Source: a virus. Taken from it: 64,000 nt of DNA. The stretch is taken from the IMG/VR virus record IMGVR_UViG_3300047476_000521, positions 72,103 to 136,102 of that record. The stretch is one strand, 5' to 3'. This document shows, piece by piece, positions 45,270-54,686 of this stretch; positions within the stretch are counted from its first letter, which is position 1, and each line of letters begins with the position of its first letter. The notes below the pieces were generated by a model. That model was not told the DNA's origin and did no database searches. It saw only the letters and a list, made by a program, of their open reading frames with translations. The translations under genes were made by a program, and so were the position numbers.

Positions 45270-46259
45270 TTAGTTGTGATAGACCACACTAGATCCTAGT
45301 CCATAAAATTCGAAGTCGTAAATTCTACAGTCTTTGTGTAGATTAGAGATCGCCCAAGTTACTGACGATCTATGAATTTCTGGCACATAGAAAATAAAAA
45401 ATCCTCCTCCGCCTGCTCCTAGAAGTTTACCTCCTAAAGCTCCAGAATCCATTGCTGTATTGTAGATTTCATCGAAATAGTCTTGCGTTATTTCTTCGCA
45501 AACACCTTTCTTATCTATCCATGATTCGTGTAGAAGTCTACCGAAATCGTCAATCTTTCCTTTATGGATCAGTTCTAATGCTTCGAAAGCCTTATCCTTA
45601 GACCTCTTGACTTTATTAAATTTGTCAACATCTACCATGGCTTTCTGTTGTTTCTGAAGAATGTTATTAGCGTTTCTACTTCTTCCAGAGTAAACCAACA
45701 ATAGATTTTTTTCTAAAGCCATTAAATTAGGATTGGTTAGTCTAACTTCTTCTACATCAACTTGACCGTTTTTTCTAAACTGAAAAAGATTAAACCCTCC
45801 ATAAACGGCAGCGTATTGATCCTGTTTACCAACAGGATATCCGCAACGATTCATTTCTATTTCGCATGCAGTTTCTGCGAAATGACTTCGGGATCTTTCG
45901 TTGTTGTTAATTGTAGAGATAGCCTTAACAAGCCCAACTGTAAAAGCAGAAGAGCTACCAAGGCCAGAACCCTTAGTAACAATATCAGACATTGACGCAA
46001 CCGTAATCTCCTTTGAAATATTGTAATACTTTAAAGTTTCTCTTGTGATTGCGTGTTGCATTTGTTCAATATCGTATTGTTCTTCAACTTCATCATACAT
46101 GCAGCGTACGCCCATGTGAGGAACTTTGTGAGCCATTACGTAAATAAATTTATTGATAGTCACTGAAAGAGCGGCACCGTCTTCCTTTTCATAGAAAGAC
46201 GGCATATCGCTACCACCACTGAAGAAAGAAACACGTAGTGGAGTTTTTGTAATAATCAT
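45270..46259 (-). CDS. hddA: GHMP kinase, heptose-7-phosphate 1-kinase (HddA-like)
   Basis: KTPLRVSF.SGGSD, GSGLGSSS, GKQDQYAA..GG, GGKLLGAGGGGF. Confidence 0.85.
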   Translation of the reverse strand: MIITKTPLRVSFFSGGSDMPSFYEKEDGAALSVTINKFIYVMAHKVPHMGVRCMYDEVEEQYDIEQMQHAITRETLKYYNISKEITVASMSDIVTKGSGLGSSSAFTVGLVKAISTINNNERSRSHFAETACEIEMNRCGYPVGKQDQYAAVYGGFNLFQFRKNGQVDVEEVRLTNPNLMALEKNLLLVYSGRSRNANNILQKQQKAMVDVDKFNKVKRSKDKAFEALELIHKGKIDDFGRLLHESWIDKKGVCEEITQDYFDEIYNTAMDSGALGGKLLGAGGGGFFIFYVPEIHRSSVTWAISNLHKDCRIYDFEFYGLGSSVVYHN

Positions 46260-46260
46260 A

Positions 46261-47256
46261 TTACACCTTATATACGAACATTGGTTCAGGGAACTTTCTA
46301 GATTCAACAGTTGGATACTGTTGTAGGAGATCTCTTAAGACAGCATTCCATTTGTTATTAATGAACTCAATGTTAAATCTAGAATCAACGTATACCTTAT
46401 TGAAAGCTAACATACTCTTCTCGTTGTCTTCTCTAACAAGTTGAATAGCAGCGTTCAAATTACCAGCAAACAAAGAAGCATGAATAGTCTTGTCTTCCAT
46501 GTTACCATGGTACATAACATTTAATCCACCAGATGTTTCAGGTAAAGCTCCAAGATTAGGATGAACACAAACTAGTCTAGCAGACATAGCTTCAAGCATA
46601 GCACGACAAGAAGTCTCAACCCAAATAGAAGGATATGCAAAGATATGAGCAGAGTTTAGATGCTCCTTCAACTTTTCGTTTGAAACAAATCCATGATATG
46701 TCATTTGAGGATGATTACGAATCTTATCATATAATGGCTCAAACTGTTTATCTGCTTCATCCCAGCCATAAATCTTAAAAGAGGAAAATACGTCTAGATG
46801 AATATCAGGTTGAGTCTCTGCCAACCTCTCGAATACAGGAACTAAAATCTCTAGCCCACGTTGAGGAGTTGATGTGTAAACTAACCGAATCTTATCCTTG
46901 GGCTTTTCTACCTCTGGAGCAGGTTCGATGCCTGACTCTAGGATAACTGACTTGTTATCCATGGGTAATCCATGGATAAGATTGTACCTCTGGTACTGCC
47001 AGTTTGAAATAAAAACAAACTTGTGATACTTATCTCGCCATTCAGTGTTACGGAACTTAGCAGACTCTGGGTCTTCTGGTAAATCGTGACACCAAAATAA
47101 TCTAATCTTAGATTCGTCTAACTGACGTTCGCGAGAACAGATAATTTGAAAATTATCTAGTAGATCCTGATCTAAAATCTCAGCTAGCTTTCTCTTTGCG
47201 ATCTCTGTTCCGCCTTGAGCCTTTGATGAAATTTCGTTTTCTTCAAATCCCTTCAT
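46261..47256 (-). CDS. GT-B (GT4-like) glycosyltransferase
   Basis: GGTE, YTSTP.RGL, ETSC...LEAM (EX7E), GAL.ET. Confidence 0.85.
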   Translation of the reverse strand: MKGFEENEISSKAQGGTEIAKRKLAEILDQDLLDNFQIICSRERQLDESKIRLFWCHDLPEDPESAKFRNTEWRDKYHKFVFISNWQYQRYNLIHGLPMDNKSVILESGIEPAPEVEKPKDKIRLVYTSTPQRGLEILVPVFERLAETQPDIHLDVFSSFKIYGWDEADKQFEPLYDKIRNHPQMTYHGFVSNEKLKEHLNSAHIFAYPSIWVETSCRAMLEAMSARLVCVHPNLGALPETSGGLNVMYHGNMEDKTIHASLFAGNLNAAIQLVREDNEKSMLAFNKVYVDSRFNIEFINNKWNAVLRDLLQQYPTVESRKFPEPMFVYKV

Positions 47257-48002
47257 TATACTTCAATCCTGTATCCAGATGCAACAGCATCATTATAAAA
47301 CATTTGAACTGTTTCTTGTGAAAACTCTTCTAAATCCTTGTTCTCTAGACTTAACTTTTTAATCTGATCATGAAGCATAGTAATAATGTTACAGCCAGAA
47401 TGTTCAGCCATTCGTAGATGATAAAGTTCTCTACAAGAAGCCCAAAGAAACTTTACATTTTTTACATCGTTTTCTTCAAAACAATCCATTTCTTGAACAC
47501 AACGTTTTGTTCTATCAACTGGATCTCGAAGAGTATCAGCAATACGTCCAGAGAAGATAGAAATAATTACTGGAACTTCGGGGTTGTTAATGCTTTCAAG
47601 AATTTTAAAGGTCTGTTGTGGCGTAAACACAGCGGTAACATTTACCTTCACACCCTCTTCGTTAAGCAAACGAATAAGACCGTAATTAGGTTCGCCCTTT
47701 GTATTCGTAACTGGAATTTTAACGAATACGTCATACTTATAAAACTCGCCCCACGAAGCAATCTTCTTTGCTTGCTCGTACATACTATTAGTATCATCAG
47801 CAAATACTTCTAGAGAAATATTAGTCCCTGGTCTCTTTTGCGCTAAAACACTAATAATATTATGAGCGAATTCCTCATAATCAGTAACACCAGCTTGCCT
47901 CATAAGAGTTGGATTAGTAGTAAATCCAGTAACAAGAGGATTCTCTGCCGCTTTTAAAATACCATTAAAATCAGCACCATCTGCATAAATTTCAATCGTC
48001 AT
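47256..48002 (-). CDS. talC: Transaldolase (TalC/FSA type)
   Basis: GFTTNPTL, S.EV, VKIP, NVTAVF, S.F.GR..D, ASCR. Confidence 0.9.
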   Translation of the reverse strand: MTIEIYADGADFNGILKAAENPLVTGFTTNPTLMRQAGVTDYEEFAHNIISVLAQKRPGTNISLEVFADDTNSMYEQAKKIASWGEFYKYDVFVKIPVTNTKGEPNYGLIRLLNEEGVKVNVTAVFTPQQTFKILESINNPEVPVIISIFSGRIADTLRDPVDRTKRCVQEMDCFEENDVKNVKFLWASCRELYHLRMAEHSGCNIITMLHDQIKKLSLENKDLEEFSQETVQMFYNDAVASGYRIEV

Positions 48003-48541
48003 TCGCCACCTACATTTTGTTGAATAATAATTACTGCCTCAAGAAGATTCTTGGCATAAAAGTCTGGTTTGATATGCATATACTCTTCAGGAGAAGAATA
48101 GATATCTCCAAGGTATATAGTCGCGACCCCAGCCTTGTTACCAGCAACCACATCTTTCCAAGTATCACCAATCATCCAACTACGTTCTCTAGTAATCATC
48201 CATTCTTTGATTACCTTATCAAGCATACCAGAATTAGGTTTGTATTCTGGTGTACCACGAGTTCTAGCTGCTTGAATAGTATCAACTTTTAAATCATTCT
48301 TGAGGCGTTGATGAATTACATTCATTGTTTCTTCAGTAGTATAACCATCATCAACATCAGGTTGATTGGTTACTACATGCAAAGTATAACCTAAACTACG
48401 AAAACTAGCAATAGCTTGTTCTACGCCATCAATATATTCAAACTCTGAATAATACCAAGGACAAACATGTTTAGGATTATCCCTTCCATGAACCAATTCG
48501 TTGATTGTTCCATCTCGATCTAGGAAAATAGCTTTTACCAT
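47999..48541 (-). CDS. gmhB: Heptose-1,7-bisphosphate phosphatase (GmhB-like HAD)
   Basis: FLDRDGTIN, VTNQ, KP..GM, MIGD...DV.AG. Confidence 0.88.
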   Translation of the reverse strand: MVKAIFLDRDGTINELVHGRDNPKHVCPWYYSEFEYIDGVEQAIASFRSLGYTLHVVTNQPDVDDGYTTEETMNVIHQRLKNDLKVDTIQAARTRGTPEYKPNSGMLDKVIKEWMITRERSWMIGDTWKDVVAGNKAGVATIYLGDIYSSPEEYMHIKPDFYAKNLLEAVIIIQQNVGGE

Positions 48542-49119
48542 TTTGTAGAATTCTTCTGTAAAACTGGATTAGAAACCAAGCAATGCCAAACTACTGCCTG
48601 AAATGCTTCTGAATGAGGCGTAACCCGAGCAGGATTTACCTCAGGAATATGAACAACCTGATGAGCCATCTGATGGGTATATCCGTTATTCTTACCAACA
48701 ATACCAAAGATATGAGCTCCAACATAATTGGCATAATCAATTGCCTTAACTAAGGCTACTGATACATTCTTTTCTTTGTTTCCACCACCAACGGAAAGAA
48801 CAAAGATAGCATCATACTTATTAAGATTGCTAGTGCGTAGATATTCGTCGAAGATAGTATCAAAACCTTCATCATTTGTTCTAGCAGTAAGCTCTGGAAC
48901 ATTATCTGTTGGACAATACGCTTCAATACCACATAGCTTTCTAAGATCGTTTACCATGTGAGAAGCATTACCAGCAGAACCACCAACTCCCAAAACAAAA
49001 ACTCTACCTGCTCGAGCTCTAACTTCTGAAAGAGCTTCGGCTAGAATTTGAATCTTTCGAGTATCGATAGCCTGTGAAATAGTTGTTACTTCTTGAAAGA
49101 AATCGTCAGAGTGACTCAT
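48535..49119 (-). CDS. gmhA: Sedoheptulose-7-phosphate isomerase (GmhA-like SIS)
   Basis: G.GGSA.NASH...D, TA..ND.G, LS..G, E......H. Confidence 0.85.
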   Translation of the reverse strand: MSHSDDFFQEVTTISQAIDTRKIQILAEALSEVRARAGRVFVLGVGGSAGNASHMVNDLRKLCGIEAYCPTDNVPELTARTNDEGFDTIFDEYLRTSNLNKYDAIFVLSVGGGNKEKNVSVALVKAIDYANYVGAHIFGIVGKNNGYTHQMAHQVVHIPEVNPARVTPHSEAFQAVVWHCLVSNPVLQKNSTKW

Positions 49120-49543
49120 TATGTTTAATCCTTTTTCTCAAACCACTTGAAGAATAATTATGTAATCTATCAATATAGATAATCTCAACGGATCTGTTTT
49201 CGCAGATGTCTTGACCGTTTAATGTTTGACCCTTATATTCTGATCCTATAAACCTTTTGTTTATATTAAGAATAGATAGCATATTACTTAGGTCTTCCTC
49301 AGTATCGTAAGGAATGATCTCATCTACGCATCTTAAAGCGTTTAACTGACACCAACGTTCGAACGTTGTCTGAACTGGTTTGTTTTTCTCTTTGGGCCTA
49401 TTAATAGTAGGATCAGTTTGTAACCCTACTATCAACCAATTACATTGTTTCTTACATTGTTCTAGCATGGAAACATGACCTGCATGAAGCAGGTCAAATG
49501 AGCCAAAAGTAATTCCTATTGAAAAATTATCCTCTGACAACAT
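49106..49543 (-). CDS. Cytidylyltransferase-like nucleotidyltransferase (TagD/HldC family)
   Basis: G.FDLLHAGH (HxGH), LIVGLQTD, ER...L, SSS.LR. Confidence 0.85.
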   Translation of the reverse strand: MLSEDNFSIGITFGSFDLLHAGHVSMLEQCKKQCNWLIVGLQTDPTINRPKEKNKPVQTTFERWCQLNALRCVDEIIPYDTEEDLSNMLSILNINKRFIGSEYKGQTLNGQDICENRSVEIIYIDRLHNYSSSGLRKRIKHNESL

Positions 49544-50354
49544 AATACATATTTCCTCCATCCCACTTATTAAGACCATCGCTTACTAAAGGAATCTTTT
49601 CTACGTTCTTGTCCATGAAGAAATTGTTGAAATAATCATCATTGACTTCTAAACCAAACACTGCTGACTGAGCAAGGACAAGCCAATTCTTAGACTTATC
49701 GATCTTAGGCATTAAAACGTTTCTATATTCTACAGGAGTTTCTGACAAAGACCAAGTAGCAATAACTAGATCAGAATGAGTAGCAACGTCATCTTCGAAC
49801 GACCATTTAGGATTAATACCCTGCTTACTAAGATAAAATTCTTGGATTGGCTGCGTCTCTGGAATATCAACAATAGTATATTCGCCCTTAAATCCTAGAG
49901 CATGAACTACCGAACACATATCTCCATAACCAGCACCGATCTCAACAATTGACTTCATATCCTTTAACTTATCAGCAAAGCCAGTTATACAAAGATGAGC
50001 AATATCTTGGATACGCTGCATCGATGTATCAAAGTCAGAAGTGACACGAAGCATTGGTCTAATGTGATCTGGCGCTCCAATCCAATTTTCTTGGAGCGCC
50101 GTGGCAATTTGCTCATCTCGTGCAGCATGATAAAACGATTCGCCAACAAAGCGAGAAGTTCTATACTGAGTAATAAAAGGTACATTGTGACAAGAAGCCC
50201 ATAGCCTAAAACGATTAAGCGGGAGTGTAGCGCAATCATGCTTAAACACTTCCCGCATCGTTGGCCAATACTCTGGCCCGTTTACGTTTTTAGCTTCTCG
50301 AGCTTTCACTGAAACTTCTGACATTGGATCAAAGTCAGACCATATTAAATCCAT
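49527..50354 (-). CDS. Putative sugar O-methyltransferase
   Basis: IVEIGAGYG, YTIVDIPE....Q.FYL, DLVIATWSLSE. Confidence 0.75.
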   Translation of the reverse strand: MDLIWSDFDPMSEVSVKAREAKNVNGPEYWPTMREVFKHDCATLPLNRFRLWASCHNVPFITQYRTSRFVGESFYHAARDEQIATALQENWIGAPDHIRPMLRVTSDFDTSMQRIQDIAHLCITGFADKLKDMKSIVEIGAGYGDMCSVVHALGFKGEYTIVDIPETQPIQEFYLSKQGINPKWSFEDDVATHSDLVIATWSLSETPVEYRNVLMPKIDKSKNWLVLAQSAVFGLEVNDDYFNNFFMDKNVEKIPLVSDGLNKWDGGNMYYVVRG

Positions 50355-50368
50355 AATAAACTCCTATA

Positions 50369-50731
50369 TTAAGCTTGTCTAGTTAGAAGCGTAGAATCAA
50401 TATTCTTTGCTTCGAAAAATGTTCTAACTAGATGAAGAACTGTCTTCTCGTTAAAAGGCTTGCAAGAAAAGACGTCGAGGTAAATATCATCAGTTTCGTT
50501 AACGAAGTGTGCGCAAATATTGCTTGTTTCGATTAATTGAACAAGAGTGTAACCTGCTTTGTTTCCTGAACCAAAGTTCACAATCTGTGGTTCGCCATAA
50601 GCAACCATATCGATATCTCTGACTAACTGTTTAGTAAACTCATGAATTACACCATAGTTAGTAATCATTTCGTGATTACACCCGCTTGCATTAACAATAA
50701 GATGATAACCCCAATAAGTCTTTTCGCTCAT
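50369..50731 (-). CDS. speD: S-adenosylmethionine decarboxylase proenzyme
   Basis: G.HL, G.T...LIETS.I..H (autocleavage site), DVFSC. Confidence 0.85.
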   Translation of the reverse strand: MSEKTYWGYHLIVNASGCNHEMITNYGVIHEFTKQLVRDIDMVAYGEPQIVNFGSGNKAGYTLVQLIETSNICAHFVNETDDIYLDVFSCKPFNEKTVLHLVRTFFEAKNIDSTLLTRQA

Positions 50732-50742
50732 GTATTTGTCTC

Positions 50743-51021
50743 CTATGAATATTGGTAAGGATCTAAAATTTCAACATACTCAATGGAGTCAATGCGAAAA
50801 GAACGCCATCCTCCCTTCATCACATCCCATACGGCAAGAACATCTGGGTTCTTGCCGTGAAAATCTTTTTCTTCTGCCTGTTCGTTTACGTAGTTAGGAG
50901 GAAGAAGAGCAGGCATTAAAGTGCATCGCATCTCTCGCTTCTCGCCGTTTACCTTTGTGAAGTACACGGCCATAACATTTTTACGTAGATCGTTTAGAAG
51001 CGTATCACGTTCATAAGCCAT
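50743..51021 (-). CDS. WYL-like/SH3-fold conserved phage protein
   Basis: F.K..GE.R.M.CTL, VWD....WRSFR. Confidence 0.7.
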   Translation of the reverse strand: MAYERDTLLNDLRKNVMAVYFTKVNGEKREMRCTLMPALLPPNYVNEQAEEKDFHGKNPDVLAVWDVMKGGWRSFRIDSIEYVEILDPYQYS

Positions 51022-51281
51022 TAGTCGTTCTCCAATAGAATCTTACGGTTATCTGAAGTTTCTTCAGTAAGATGTCTCTTTAGCTGTTCAAATCCACCAA
51101 TGTTGAATCCATCCAGAACGATTACTGGAAAGGTCTTTGCTTCGGGGAATTTGGTAAGTAACACTTCTCTTGTAAAGTCTTCGTCTAACTTATATTCGAC
51201 GAACTCCTTACTGTGAAGTCGTAGCATTTGTTTAGCTTGATCGCAATACACACAATTATTTTTTGAATAAACCTCAATCAT
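51021..51281 (-). CDS. Glutaredoxin
   Basis: CVYC, TFP.I, IGGF. Confidence 0.9.
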   Translation of the reverse strand: MIEVYSKNNCVYCDQAKQMLRLHSKEFVEYKLDEDFTREVLLTKFPEAKTFPVIVLDGFNIGGFEQLKRHLTEETSDNRKILLEND

Positions 51282-51390
51282 TGAAATAACTCCACCAATA
51301 ATGATATACATCGTTAGGATCATAAGGATTGTAACCCTTCATGATCATGTCTGTCTCTACCATAAACTCTAGATCGCTGCTCATATCCAT
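51274..51390 (-). CDS. Small hypothetical protein (38 aa)
   Basis: GGAGG RBS; MDMSSDLEFMVETDM...YWWSYFND*. Confidence 0.45.
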   Translation of the reverse strand: MDMSSDLEFMVETDMIMKGYNPYDPNDVYHYWWSYFND

Positions 51391-51447
51391 AACAAACCTC
51401 CAATTAAGACATATTATTATACTAATTGTTTGGGAAAAAGTAAACTC

Positions 51448-52173
51448 TTATTTTAAGGAGAGCTCTTTATCTTTAAGCGAAGACTCGTACTTATTCATCT
51501 TATCTATATATCCACGATTACGTAGTTCTTTGAATAAAAGGTTTTCTCTACCGAACTCTCCATACTGCTGAAGAGAAGCTGTTCTCATATTCTTAAATTT
51601 AGTTTTCATGTTATTGAAAGATTCTTCTCCCATATGATGTTTGATCATATGATCAATAGCATGCATGTAATGAGAAACTTTTTGTTTGAGTAGATGATCG
51701 TTCTTAAAGTCATAGTTGACTTTAACAGGTTTCTTTACCCATTCATTTTTAAGAAGAGAATACACTCCTTGATTCTTAGGATATGTTATATCCTTGTCTT
51801 GAGCGTAAGGTTCTAGAGGATAACCATAAACATCAATATTATGAGTAAGAGTCCAAAGAGATTTTTTATCTTGAAGATATTCTTCAACGAATTTGGGGTC
51901 GCTGAATAGTTTACTACGATCAACAATCAAATGAACGTCTATGTCTGACTTGTTTGTGTAATTATAATTTGCATTACCGCCAGTCATTACAATATCTTCG
52001 ATCATTGACTTAGGTATTTTAGCAAACTCTGCCCATGCATGCCCAAAATTTATGAGAGCTTTTCTTACTTCTGGGTTTAATTTGTCTGAGGAGCTCCAAA
52101 TTTTTGGGTTTAATTCTTCGTGGTATTGAAGAGTTAATTTCAACTCAGACAAATAAATGTTAAAATTAAGCAT
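51448..52173 (-). CDS. Pol-beta-fold nucleotidyltransferase-like protein with possible capsid-targeting N-terminus
   Basis: TGGNANYNY...SDIDVH motif; N-terminal MLNFNIYLSE; late promoter. Confidence 0.7.
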   Translation of the reverse strand: MLNFNIYLSELKLTLQYHEELNPKIWSSSDKLNPEVRKALINFGHAWAEFAKIPKSMIEDIVMTGGNANYNYTNKSDIDVHLIVDRSKLFSDPKFVEEYLQDKKSLWTLTHNIDVYGYPLEPYAQDKDITYPKNQGVYSLLKNEWVKKPVKVNYDFKNDHLLKQKVSHYMHAIDHMIKHHMGEESFNNMKTKFKNMRTASLQQYGEFGRENLLFKELRNRGYIDKMNKYESSLKDKELSLK

Positions 52174-52212
52174 GGTTCCTCCGGAATGTTGTATATTATT
52201 TATATTCCGGAG
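52174..52212 (-). promoter_or_regulatory. RBS-sequestering hairpin with late promoter in its loop
   Basis: Reverse complement CTCCGGAAT-ATAAATAatatacaac-ATTCCGGAG-GAACC-ATG. Confidence 0.75.
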
Positions 52213-52218
52213 AAATTA

Positions 52219-52923
52219 TTACTTGGTCTTTATATATGATGCTTTGATCTTGCTCTTTTCAAGAATTTCGAAGCCATTAGGGAATAGATAAGTCTGTTCT
52301 ACGATCTCGTCATGATCATACATCCAAATATCATCAAACACATGAACTGATCCAACTGGAGCACGCTTGACAAAGAAGTCGCACTCTAGATGTAAGGCTC
52401 CATTATCATGAGGACCATCAAAAAATACGAAAGCGTATTCGTTTTCTAGCTTCTTATAATCATCATATACCGGAACGCCATCACCATAACGATTGAAAAA
52501 CTCTGAATCTTCTAGACAGAAAAAGGAGAAGTTCAAACCAGCATTATATGCATAGAAATATAGAGAAGGAATAATACGGTTACGCATTGTATTATCATAA
52601 TCAAAACGCTGGGGCGAAGTAATCTCCTTTGACATCTTATCGCCTTCGATCTGACGTTCTGGGTTATGAATTGACATGTTAAGATTAGTGCATTCAATCT
52701 CGATGTTACCATATGGATCAATACAGAACATAGAACGATTGTTGTTGCCTGTCTGAACAAGCGTATCAATAATCAACTTAGCAGAACCACCACGACGAGT
52801 GCCAATCTCAACGATGGCGCCAGGAACTTCTTGCTTGACAGCAGCTGCTGCTCTTACTAAGATTTCATACTCCTGAGAATCTGTACCAAAAACTTCTTCA
52901 TCACTAAAACGAATAATTGCCAT
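52219..52923 (-). CDS. Class I SAM-dependent methyltransferase (Methyltransf_24-like)
   Basis: IVEIGTRRGGS, IDP, FFDGPH, VFDD. Confidence 0.8.
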   Translation of the reverse strand: MAIIRFSDEEVFGTDSQEYEILVRAAAAVKQEVPGAIVEIGTRRGGSAKLIIDTLVQTGNNNRSMFCIDPYGNIEIECTNLNMSIHNPERQIEGDKMSKEITSPQRFDYDNTMRNRIIPSLYFYAYNAGLNFSFFCLEDSEFFNRYGDGVPVYDDYKKLENEYAFVFFDGPHDNGALHLECDFFVKRAPVGSVHVFDDIWMYDHDEIVEQTYLFPNGFEILEKSKIKASYIKTK

Positions 52924-52924
52924 T

Positions 52925-53164
52925 TTATACTCCTAATATAAGTTTAATCACGCCAACCAAATATAATATCAAAACAAAAGTTTGAATTATAATTAGAGAC
53001 CATTTATTCCATTTAACAGCCAAGAAAAACCACAGAAGATTTCCGATTACGTTGATATATATGTTAATCGGATATACGTTCCATGCAGTAAGGGCAACAC
53101 CAATAATCAAAGTTATCGTTGCTGCCCACTCAATAAAAATCCACAATCTCGTCTGCGATACCAT
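52925..53164 (-). CDS. Small multi-pass membrane protein
   Basis: Three hydrophobic segments. Confidence 0.6.
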   Translation of the reverse strand: MVSQTRLWIFIEWAATITLIIGVALTAWNVYPINIYINVIGNLLWFFLAVKWNKWSLIIIQTFVLILYLVGVIKLILGV

Positions 53165-53693
53165 ATTTTACTGCCTCTCTTGCAGAAAGCCAAACATCTT
53201 CTGGTGGTAATAGATACTTCTTAATAGTTGCTTCCGTTTGACCAGTGCACTTTTTATAATGATCCATAATACGTTGAGAAGTGTTTTCGAACTCTTTAAC
53301 CCTAGACATCAACTCATGTTCTTTACCATAGGATCCCCATGAGAATTGGTGTGATAGAATAGCTGTGTTTCTTGTAATATACCTATGACCCTTATGACCT
53401 GCGATAAACGTAAGCAAACCACATGAAGAAATTTCACCAAGTCCATATGTATATATTGGAATCTTGGATCCTTTCATCGTATCAATAAGAGAGAATGCAG
53501 AAGTTACCATTCCGCCGGGTGAATTAATGATCATTTTCATGAACTTAGGACGATCTCTGCCCATTAAATTACGTGCGAGAATGAATCTCATAGCATCCGA
53601 GCAGGAACCATTGTCAAAATCTTGTGAGAAAATATAGTAATGATGGTCTTCAATGTTGGGAATATTAATGTCTTTTGTTTCTTCTTTTAGCAT
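53130..53693 (-). CDS. clpP: ClpP-like protease proteolytic subunit
   Basis: INSPGG, SS.G (catalytic Ser), HQ, D.WLSA.EA.KYGIADEI. Confidence 0.85.
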   Translation of the reverse strand: MLKEETKDINIPNIEDHHYYIFSQDFDNGSCSDAMRFILARNLMGRDRPKFMKMIINSPGGMVTSAFSLIDTMKGSKIPIYTYGLGEISSCGLLTFIAGHKGHRYITRNTAILSHQFSWGSYGKEHELMSRVKEFENTSQRIMDHYKKCTGQTEATIKKYLLPPEDVWLSAREAVKYGIADEIVDFY

Positions 53694-53708
53694 CTTAACT
53701 CCATGTTA

Positions 53709-53737
53709 AAAAGGGGTGGCACGGACATTGCCACCCC
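53709..53737 (-). terminator. Rho-independent terminator
   Basis: Reverse complement GGGGTGGCA-atgtccg-TGCCACCCC-TTTTT. Confidence 0.85.
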
Positions 53738-53742
53738 AAATA

Positions 53743-54309
53743 TTAAAGCTGAACGTGAATATGGTCGTAGTGACCTGGAACTCGCCAGAGAACCTTATAT
53801 CCACTTGCCCGCATACTTGCAGCGAGCGCATCGAACTTATGTGCATAACCTGAACGAGCTTCTGTTAAACCCGTTCCAACGTTCACATCAATAGCACGAC
53901 CTGAGTAGTGCGCCGAATGATGTGAGTGCACATGATGTACGCCACCAAATAGAGGGTGTTCTGAAACACGATAACCCTGTTCCTGTAGTTGGTGACCTAG
54001 TGCCACGATTGAATGCGAAGCAAAAGTAGAAGCAGTGGATGCAAAATATCTGCTCTGCTGATTCTGATATGCTCTTGCTTGCTTTTCGTTACGCCAGCGT
54101 GGTTGTGGAGTAACGGACCAGTTAGAGCCATTGCCGAAAATATGCTCAAGAAAATTTCTTGGCGGATTCTCAACATGATAGGCAACTTGATGGTCTTTAT
54201 CAACGACTGAATAACGAGTATTCTTGCCGTGATGGAGTCTGGCCTCAGCTGCTCCGCTAAACGCAAGAACAGCTGCAGCTGCCACCGCAGCCAAAATATT
54301 CTTCTTCAT
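53743..54309 (-). CDS. Secreted zinc peptidase (M15/LAS-type; cell-wall hydrolase)
   Basis: Signal peptide; S.HY.GRAID and H.DHIHV motifs. Confidence 0.7.
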   Translation of the reverse strand: MKKNILAAVAAAAVLAFSGAAEARLHHGKNTRYSVVDKDHQVAYHVENPPRNFLEHIFGNGSNWSVTPQPRWRNEKQARAYQNQQSRYFASTASTFASHSIVALGHQLQEQGYRVSEHPLFGGVHHVHSHHSAHYSGRAIDVNVGTGLTEARSGYAHKFDALAASMRASGYKVLWRVPGHYDHIHVQL

Positions 54310-54340
54310 ACTTATACCTTTCTTCTGCGCAACTGTGACT

Positions 54341-54670
54341 TCAATGCACTATAGAATAGAATAAACGTGCAACACCATTAAAACCTAGAGATCTCGCTAC
54401 ATTTTGGTTAACGTCAAGGTTCCTACCCCTGACGAATGGACCTCTATCAGTCACAACTGCTGTTACGGATCTTCCATTTCTAGGATTGGTAATATGAATC
54501 CTTGTGCCGAATGGAAGTGTTTTATGAGCTACACCATAGGTGGCTCTCATTCCCGAAGCTGTCCGTCCGCTTCGATCATTATACCACGATGCATTCGCAT
54601 TAGTGGAATTAGTATTTATTGGATGAAAATTGAGTGCTGCTGCACACAAAAATGGAATCAAGCAAGACAT
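54341..54670 (-). CDS. RlpA-like (DPBB) lytic transglycosylase
   Basis: ASWY, TASG, AHKTLPFGT, DRGPF..GR.LD. Confidence 0.88.
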   Translation of the reverse strand: MSCLIPFLCAAALNFHPINTNSTNANASWYNDRSGRTASGMRATYGVAHKTLPFGTRIHITNPRNGRSVTAVVTDRGPFVRGRNLDVNQNVARSLGFNGVARLFYSIVH

Positions 54671-54686
54671 AATATACCCTTAAGAA

